Of a stretch of 32,000 nucleotides of DNA, positions 27,064 to 32,000 are shown in pieces. Under the pieces are notes generated by a model. That model had not been told where the DNA came from, made no database searches, and saw only the letters and a list, made by a program, of their open reading frames with translations. The stretch spans positions 12,588-44,587 of the forward strand of contig JAPPOO010000030.1 in the NCBI GenBank assembly GCA_028817875.1. Reading direction: 5' to 3'. A program made the translations under genes and the position numbers. This DNA is from Alphaproteobacteria bacterium (GTDB taxonomy: Bacteria > Pseudomonadota > Alphaproteobacteria > UBA2136 > JAPPOO01). How positions within the stretch are numbered: position 1 is the first letter of the stretch; each line of letters starts with the position of its first letter.

Positions 27064-29709
27064 ATGAGCATCCCCCTATTGGGCAAAATCTTTGGCAATA
27101 AAAATGACCGTATTTTAAAAAAACTACGCCCTCTCGTAAGCAAAATTGGTGCGCTAGAAAACGAAATCCATAAAAATTCTGATGAAGAGCTAAAGCAGGC
27201 TTTCCAAGCGTTGAAAGAGCGTTACCAGCAAGGTGAAACGCTGAATGACTTATTGGTAGAATCCTTCGCGATAACCCGTGAAGCAGCTTTGCGTGCATTA
27301 GGTTTACGCCCTTTCGATGTCCAGCTAATGGGCGGTATCATCCTGCACCAAGGTAAAATTGCCGAGATGAAAACAGGGGAAGGTAAAACCCTCATGGCAA
27401 CGTTGGCTGCCTCCTTGAATGCACTCTCTGGTAACGGTGTTCATATGGTGACAGTGAATGACTACCTTGCTCAGCGGGATGCTGAATGGATGCGCCCCGT
27501 ATTTGAACAACTAGGCCTCACTTGCGCTTTTGTTACAAATAGTTTGGATAGTGAGGAACGTCGTGCTGCTTATGCTGCGGACATTACTTACGCAACTAAT
27601 AACGAACTAGGGTTCGATTATTTGCGGGATAATATGTCCTACGCAAAAGAGCAGTTAGTTCAGCGTGGCCAGCCATTTGCTATTGTGGATGAGGTCGACA
27701 GTATCTTAATTGACGAGGCACGGACGCCGCTGATTATTTCTGGCCCTATGGAGGATAAAAGAGAGCTTTACTTCGCCATTAACGAAATTATTCCAAACTT
27801 TAAGGAAGAGGAAGACTTCGAGCGCGATGAAAAAATGCGTGCCATTACCCTTACAGATGAAGGAACAGATAAAGCCGAGCAACTTCTTATTCAAAAAGGA
27901 TTAATGCAAGAAGGGGAAAGCCTGTACGACATCAGCCATGTCTCTCTTGTTCATCACGTTAACAATGGGTTGCGGGCGCACCACCTATTCCAAAAGGATG
28001 TTCACTACATTATAAAAGATGAACAGGTTGTTCTAATTGATGAATTCACAGGTCGTATGACACCAGGGCGTCGCCTGTCTGATGGCTTGCACCAAGCTAT
28101 TGAAGCGCGGGAGGAAGTGCCGCTTCAGCAGGAAAACCAACAACTAGCTTCCGTCACGTTCCAAAATTATTTCCGCCTTTACACCAAACTGGCGGGGATG
28201 ACAGGAACGGCTGAGACCGAAATAGAAGAGTTTCAAGAGATTTATAACTTGGATGTCGTCGTTGTGCCAACAAATGTGCCCATTGCGCGGGAAGATGCCG
28301 CAGACATCCTATTCCTTCACCGTGAGGGAAAAATAAACGCCGTTATTGAAGATATTAAGGACTGCTACCAGCGCGGCCAGCCTGTTTTAGTGGGAACAAC
28401 CTCTATTGAAAAATCGGAAGAACTCGCTAAATACTTAGAGAAAGAAAAAGTGCCGCACCAAGTGCTTAACGCACGCTACCACGAGCAAGAGGCACAGATT
28501 ATCGCCCAAGCAGGCCGTAAGGGAGCGGTGACTATCGCAACCAATATGGCAGGGAGAGGAACCGACATTAAGCTTGGTGGTAATCTAGAATTATTGCAAA
28601 GCCAAGCTAAAGATGAACATGAAGAAGCTGAGATAAAAGCAGCTTACGAAAAAGAAAAAAATGCCGTACTAGAGGCAGGTGGTTTACGCGTCATTGGAAC
28701 CGAGCGGCATGAATCTCGGCGGATTGATAACCAACTGCGCGGACGTTCAGGTCGTCAAGGGGATGCAGGTTCTAGTGTTTTCTATCTTTCTGTGGAAGAT
28801 GACCTTCTCCGTATTTTTGCTGGTAGCGGTTTTGCAGGGCGTATTGTGAAAACTATGCAAGATAAAAACGACGACCCGAATGAAAGCATCCAAAGCCGTA
28901 TTTTCAGTAAATCGGTGGAAACAGCTCAACGTAAAATTGAGGGTATGCACTTTGATGCACGGAAGCATATTCTCAAATTTGATAATATCTTAAACGAGCA
29001 ACGTAAAGTTATTTATGAACAACGTCGGGACATCCTAACTTCCAAGCAAGTGGACGACATCGTGCGGGACTTCCGCGCCGATATGTTGGATTTGGTACTA
29101 GAAACTCATATGTCAGAAGGCACCTCTGAGGAAACGTGGGATATTGAAAACCTGAACGAAGAGCTATACATGCTGTTTGATATTCAAGAACCTGTGGCCA
29201 AATGGGTAGAGCAGGGGACGGATATGGAAACAATCCACAAGCACCTTACGCAATCTATCGAAACAGCTTGGGCGAATAAGGAGAAAGAGCTTGGCAAGGA
29301 AATGCTTCGCAACTTAGAAAGCTACCTTCTGCTTCAAACAATAGACCGCCAATGGCGTGGCCACCTCCAACAGTTAGATCACCTGCGCCAAGGAATTAAC
29401 CTGCGGGGCTATGCTCAAAAAGACCCGCTAAATGAATTCAGCCGTGAAGCTTTTGTTTTATTTGACCAAATGCTCATGAGCATCCGTCGGGAAACTGTGA
29501 CACTTCTTTCCCGTTTACAGGTTGCGCCAGAGGACACACAAGCACTTGAAGAAGCTCAGGAAGAGGCTCAAGCACTAGTCAATCAATCTGGCACGCTAGA
29601 AGAGGAAAACCCGTGGGCTGATAAAAAAATTCCACGAAATGCCCCGTGTCCTTGCGGCTCAGGTAAAAAATTCAAGCATTGCCATGGCGCCCTAACCGCC
29701 GCCGCCTAA
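27064..29709 (+). CDS. secA: preprotein translocase ATPase SecA
   Basis: 881 aa. …KIFGNKNDRILKKL…MKTGEGKTLMATL…DEVDSILIDEARTPLIISG…TNMAGRGTDIKLGG… and the C-terminal zinc motif CPCGSGKKFKHCHG. Confidence 0.97.
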   Translation: MSIPLLGKIFGNKNDRILKKLRPLVSKIGALENEIHKNSDEELKQAFQALKERYQQGETLNDLLVESFAITREAALRALGLRPFDVQLMGGIILHQGKIAEMKTGEGKTLMATLAASLNALSGNGVHMVTVNDYLAQRDAEWMRPVFEQLGLTCAFVTNSLDSEERRAAYAADITYATNNELGFDYLRDNMSYAKEQLVQRGQPFAIVDEVDSILIDEARTPLIISGPMEDKRELYFAINEIIPNFKEEEDFERDEKMRAITLTDEGTDKAEQLLIQKGLMQEGESLYDISHVSLVHHVNNGLRAHHLFQKDVHYIIKDEQVVLIDEFTGRMTPGRRLSDGLHQAIEAREEVPLQQENQQLASVTFQNYFRLYTKLAGMTGTAETEIEEFQEIYNLDVVVVPTNVPIAREDAADILFLHREGKINAVIEDIKDCYQRGQPVLVGTTSIEKSEELAKYLEKEKVPHQVLNARYHEQEAQIIAQAGRKGAVTIATNMAGRGTDIKLGGNLELLQSQAKDEHEEAEIKAAYEKEKNAVLEAGGLRVIGTERHESRRIDNQLRGRSGRQGDAGSSVFYLSVEDDLLRIFAGSGFAGRIVKTMQDKNDDPNESIQSRIFSKSVETAQRKIEGMHFDARKHILKFDNILNEQRKVIYEQRRDILTSKQVDDIVRDFRADMLDLVLETHMSEGTSEETWDIENLNEELYMLFDIQEPVAKWVEQGTDMETIHKHLTQSIETAWANKEKELGKEMLRNLESYLLLQTIDRQWRGHLQQLDHLRQGINLRGYAQKDPLNEFSREAFVLFDQMLMSIRRETVTLLSRLQVAPEDTQALEEAQEEAQALVNQSGTLEEENPWADKKIPRNAPCPCGSGKKFKHCHGALTAAA

Positions 29710-29720
29710 CCACAAATGTT

Positions 29721-29754
29721 AAAAGGCACCGTGTTTTACAACACGGTGCCTTTT
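29721..29754. terminator. bidirectional intrinsic terminator (secA and the convergent membrane gene)
   Basis: Perfect 15-bp hairpin AAAAGGCACCGTGTT-TTAC-AACACGGTGCCTTTT. Confidence 0.85.
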
Positions 29755-29776
29755 AACTGGAGTAAATAGCTAAAAT

Positions 29777-30436
29777 TTACTTTCTTTCCATATACTCTCC
29801 CAGCGTAACGCCACAAAAGAATAGAAGAGAAAGCGTACAAGCCAAGATGAGTCCTGACTTGGTCTGAGCCATGCCATAAGTATTTTCAGCCCCATGGGTG
29901 ATGCCAAAAAAAGTGCCCGTCAAAGCCAGAAGAAGTACAAACAAAATCCCCGTATTCTTCCAGCTTGGAACAAGACAGAAATAAATTGTTTCAGTTACTC
30001 TATCCCACTTCACGTTTTCTTCAAACCATTCAGGAATGATATGATTGAAAGTAAATATGATCAGGCCTGATATTCCCAAGAACGCTAAACACCCAATTAC
30101 TGGTGGAAATATTTGATGTAAAAACAACAAAATAGCTTCTGACCTGTACGTTTGATGGTGCGCTTGCTGTAAAATATTGCTAAAAATGTCTTTAAATAAA
30201 ACACCGAATACTATAGCTAAGCATGCACCAGTATAACAAAGCAGTAAATTAAACTGGAAGCATATTGTTGTGAGTAAGGTGAAGAAAAAACTTTGTAGGC
30301 GTTTTCCTTCAGCACTTTGCATAGTTACTATAGTTGTCCAAAAAAACAACCAAAATGGGAATGCAACAAGTAAAAGAAGTGCCATGGTTATCCCATAGCC
30401 ATGTTGAATATCCTCTTTAGAGGGAGAAAAAAACAA
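29777..30436 (-). CDS. hypothetical polytopic membrane protein (5' end probably disrupted; see findings)
   Basis: 219 aa from a TTG start, with multiple hydrophobic segments and AT-rich sequence. An in-frame TM-like stretch continues upstream of the TTG without any canonical start. A strong AGGAGA-N6-ATG (30497) sits in another frame. Confidence 0.6.
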   Translation of the reverse strand: MFFSPSKEDIQHGYGITMALLLLVAFPFWLFFWTTIVTMQSAEGKRLQSFFFTLLTTICFQFNLLLCYTGACLAIVFGVLFKDIFSNILQQAHHQTYRSEAILLFLHQIFPPVIGCLAFLGISGLIIFTFNHIIPEWFEENVKWDRVTETIYFCLVPSWKNTGILFVLLLALTGTFFGITHGAENTYGMAQTKSGLILACTLSLLFFCGVTLGEYMERK

Positions 30437-30575
30437 GCCTGTAAGAAAAGCTAAAATGATTGCAACTATTAAAAATAGTCGTATTAATTGAAAACATATC
30501 CAGTTCTCCTGATAAAAGTTAAAGCCCCTGATTTTGTATACATTATTATACTACTAATAGCAATACTAAACGCAA

Positions 30576-30599
30576 ACAGAGCCCTAAAAAGGGCTCTGT
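30576..30599 (-). terminator. probable terminator after the 30619-31500 gene
   Basis: 9-bp hairpin ACAGAGCCC-TAAAAA-GGGCTCTGT. The tract after it on the minus strand is moderately T-rich. Confidence 0.5.
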
Positions 30600-30618
30600 C
30601 GCAAAAGTGTAAAAAAAT

Positions 30619-31500
30619 CTATTTTTTTGTATAGTTTCTCGACCTCTTGATAAGGCTAAAAGCATGGTGAAACCGCTTTACTAAAGGAGGTAAGCTTTTC
30701 ACCAAGAGAGGTAGGGTCACTAAGCCTGATATAGCTAAAAAGTTTTGGGCCGTAAGTAGGTACTCCCAGTGAATATCTGCAGCTTCTTCAAAAGAGTCTG
30801 TAGATACAAGCTGAGAGCCTATGATTAGAAATACCCAGCCCGCAGCCGATGTGACAACAAAAACAGAGATATTATGCACTATCTCATAGTTAATAGTTTT
30901 GCCGAACTGCTGAGCTTCGTGCCGCCATATCTGACAAACAGATATAATGGCAAAAAACAGACCAATACCACCAAAAATAAAGATGCTAAAGTTCTGTAAC
31001 ATGAAACTTGGCAAAGAAAATCCAAAGTAACTTATCGCCACGCCAGTAGGAATTGTTACTGCTAACACAGAAATCACAAAAAGGTAGGTTAAATGGTGTG
31101 ACCTGAGACAAATCAGTATGAAAGCAACAACTACTGAAATGGCATAGCGCGGTAGCACAGTGTAGAAAATTTCCAGCCATTCGCCCCATTTCCAATATTT
31201 AGCCAATTCATACCCATGCTCAAGCATGATATAGCCAACTACAACAGTTATAAAACTCGGCCATAGCCATTTATAGATATAAATATCATTTGATACATGA
31301 GCAATCCAGAGAGATAAAAATACAAGGGATAAGAGAGGGTAAAGCATCATTTTTACCGCTTCAGGTAGGTAGTCAAGAGGTGGTTTGGCGCCATTAAGAA
31401 AGAGCTGACCGCCCACGATAGCCGCCACCGCAAAAGAGATAGCCAAAAGTAAAAAAACAGCCACAGGCCGTTTATCAAGGTTAGACATAACATTCTCCAC
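30619..31500 (-). CDS. hypothetical polytopic membrane protein
   Basis: 293 aa from GTG at 31500. ATG at 31488, preceded by GGAGA at 5 nt, is the more likely start (289 aa). About 8 hydrophobic segments. AT-rich. No family recognised. Confidence 0.65.
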   Translation of the reverse strand: MENVMSNLDKRPVAVFLLLAISFAVAAIVGGQLFLNGAKPPLDYLPEAVKMMLYPLLSLVFLSLWIAHVSNDIYIYKWLWPSFITVVVGYIMLEHGYELAKYWKWGEWLEIFYTVLPRYAISVVVAFILICLRSHHLTYLFVISVLAVTIPTGVAISYFGFSLPSFMLQNFSIFIFGGIGLFFAIISVCQIWRHEAQQFGKTINYEIVHNISVFVVTSAAGWVFLIIGSQLVSTDSFEEAADIHWEYLLTAQNFLAISGLVTLPLLVKSLPPLVKRFHHAFSLIKRSRNYTKK

Positions 31501-31611
31501 GAAGTTAGAAGATTAATAGAAGGTAAGTTCAAGTATTAAAATTTAATGATCAGAGTATGTATACGTTATTTTTGCATGCAAACCAAGCAATTTTCTGCTA
31601 TCACCTTGTGT

Positions 31612-32000
31612 ATGAATAATTTAAACACTCCGCGCGTCCGTTTTGCGCCGTCCCCCACGGGGCGGATGCATGTCGGTCACATGCGCGCCGCTTTGCCAAA
31701 TGCCTTGTTCGCTAAACGCAGCAATGGGGCGTTTATCCTCCGTTTTGAAGATACCGATATGGAGCGACAGGTGCAGGATGCGGAGCAGGCGTTTCTGGCT
31801 GATATGGCGTGGCTAAACCTCACACCGGATGAATCTATTGCGCAGGAAGGCGCCACAGGCCCGTACAATACACTTGCACGGCATGAACGAGGTGATTATA
31901 AAAATGCCGTTCAAAAGCTTATGGATATGGGCCGTGCGTATGAGTGCTTCACCAGCCCTGAGGAGCTGGAAGTCATGCGCAAACTACAGCGGGCACGGAA
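31612..32000 (+). CDS. gltX: glutamyl-tRNA synthetase, N-terminal part (runs off the right edge)
   Basis: Not in the ORF track because there is no stop in the window. Hand translation: MNNLNTPRVRFAPSPTGRMHVGHMRAALPNALFAKRSNGAFILRFEDTDMERQ…GPYNTLARHERGDYKNAVQKLMDMGRAYECFTSPEELEVMRKLQRAR. This shows the class I HIGH-region pattern of GluRS. A GluQ-type paralogue cannot be excluded from the N-terminus alone. Confidence 0.8.
   Translation, partial: MNNLNTPRVRFAPSPTGRMHVGHMRAALPNALFAKRSNGAFILRFEDTDMERQVQDAEQAFLADMAWLNLTPDESIAQEGATGPYNTLARHERGDYKNAVQKLMDMGRAYECFTSPEELEVMRKLQRAR

Overview
The window reads as core chromosome of a moderately AT-rich proteobacterium. Gene order suggests Alphaproteobacteria (rplI-rpsR-rpsF divergent from fabD-fabG, an ECF sigma/NrsF pair, a parvulin next to secA), but this is inference only because no database search was possible.

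Centre (8.5-23.5 kb, + strand): a complete S10-spc-alpha ribosomal-protein supercluster, rpsJ to rplQ. It includes secY, adk, infA and a 55-aa L36-like ORF that is too short for the ORF track.

Left flank: a truncated unknown gene plus a GAF protein, tRNA-Gly, the ECF sigma/NrsF pair, tRNA-Cys and tRNA-Asn, two small orphan genes, rplI-rpsR-rpsF and fabD-fabG.

Right flank: a split orphan gene, an orphan lipoprotein, a parvulin PPIase, an M23 peptidase, secA, two AT-rich polytopic membrane orphans, and the 5' end of a G+C-rich gltX.

I saw no CRISPR array, transposase, integrase or recognisable defence gene.

The best novelty candidate is an ORF-poor block of seven consecutive stable hairpins (7869-8216) with its own promoter-like elements. 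It lies in an 841-bp gap between fabG and rpsJ, and I could not match it to tmRNA, RNase P, 6S or SRP RNA.

Secondary observations:
- an intrinsic terminator plus promoter splitting the spc operon between rplF and rplR
- infA and an insertion-bearing L36-like gene retained between adk and rpsM
- Lys/Ala/Pro-rich tails on L4, S5 and L17
- two genes interrupted at 5-nt homopolymers
- a sharp compositional contrast between the membrane orphans and gltX

All functional calls come from motif recognition in the supplied translations. None is verified by search.
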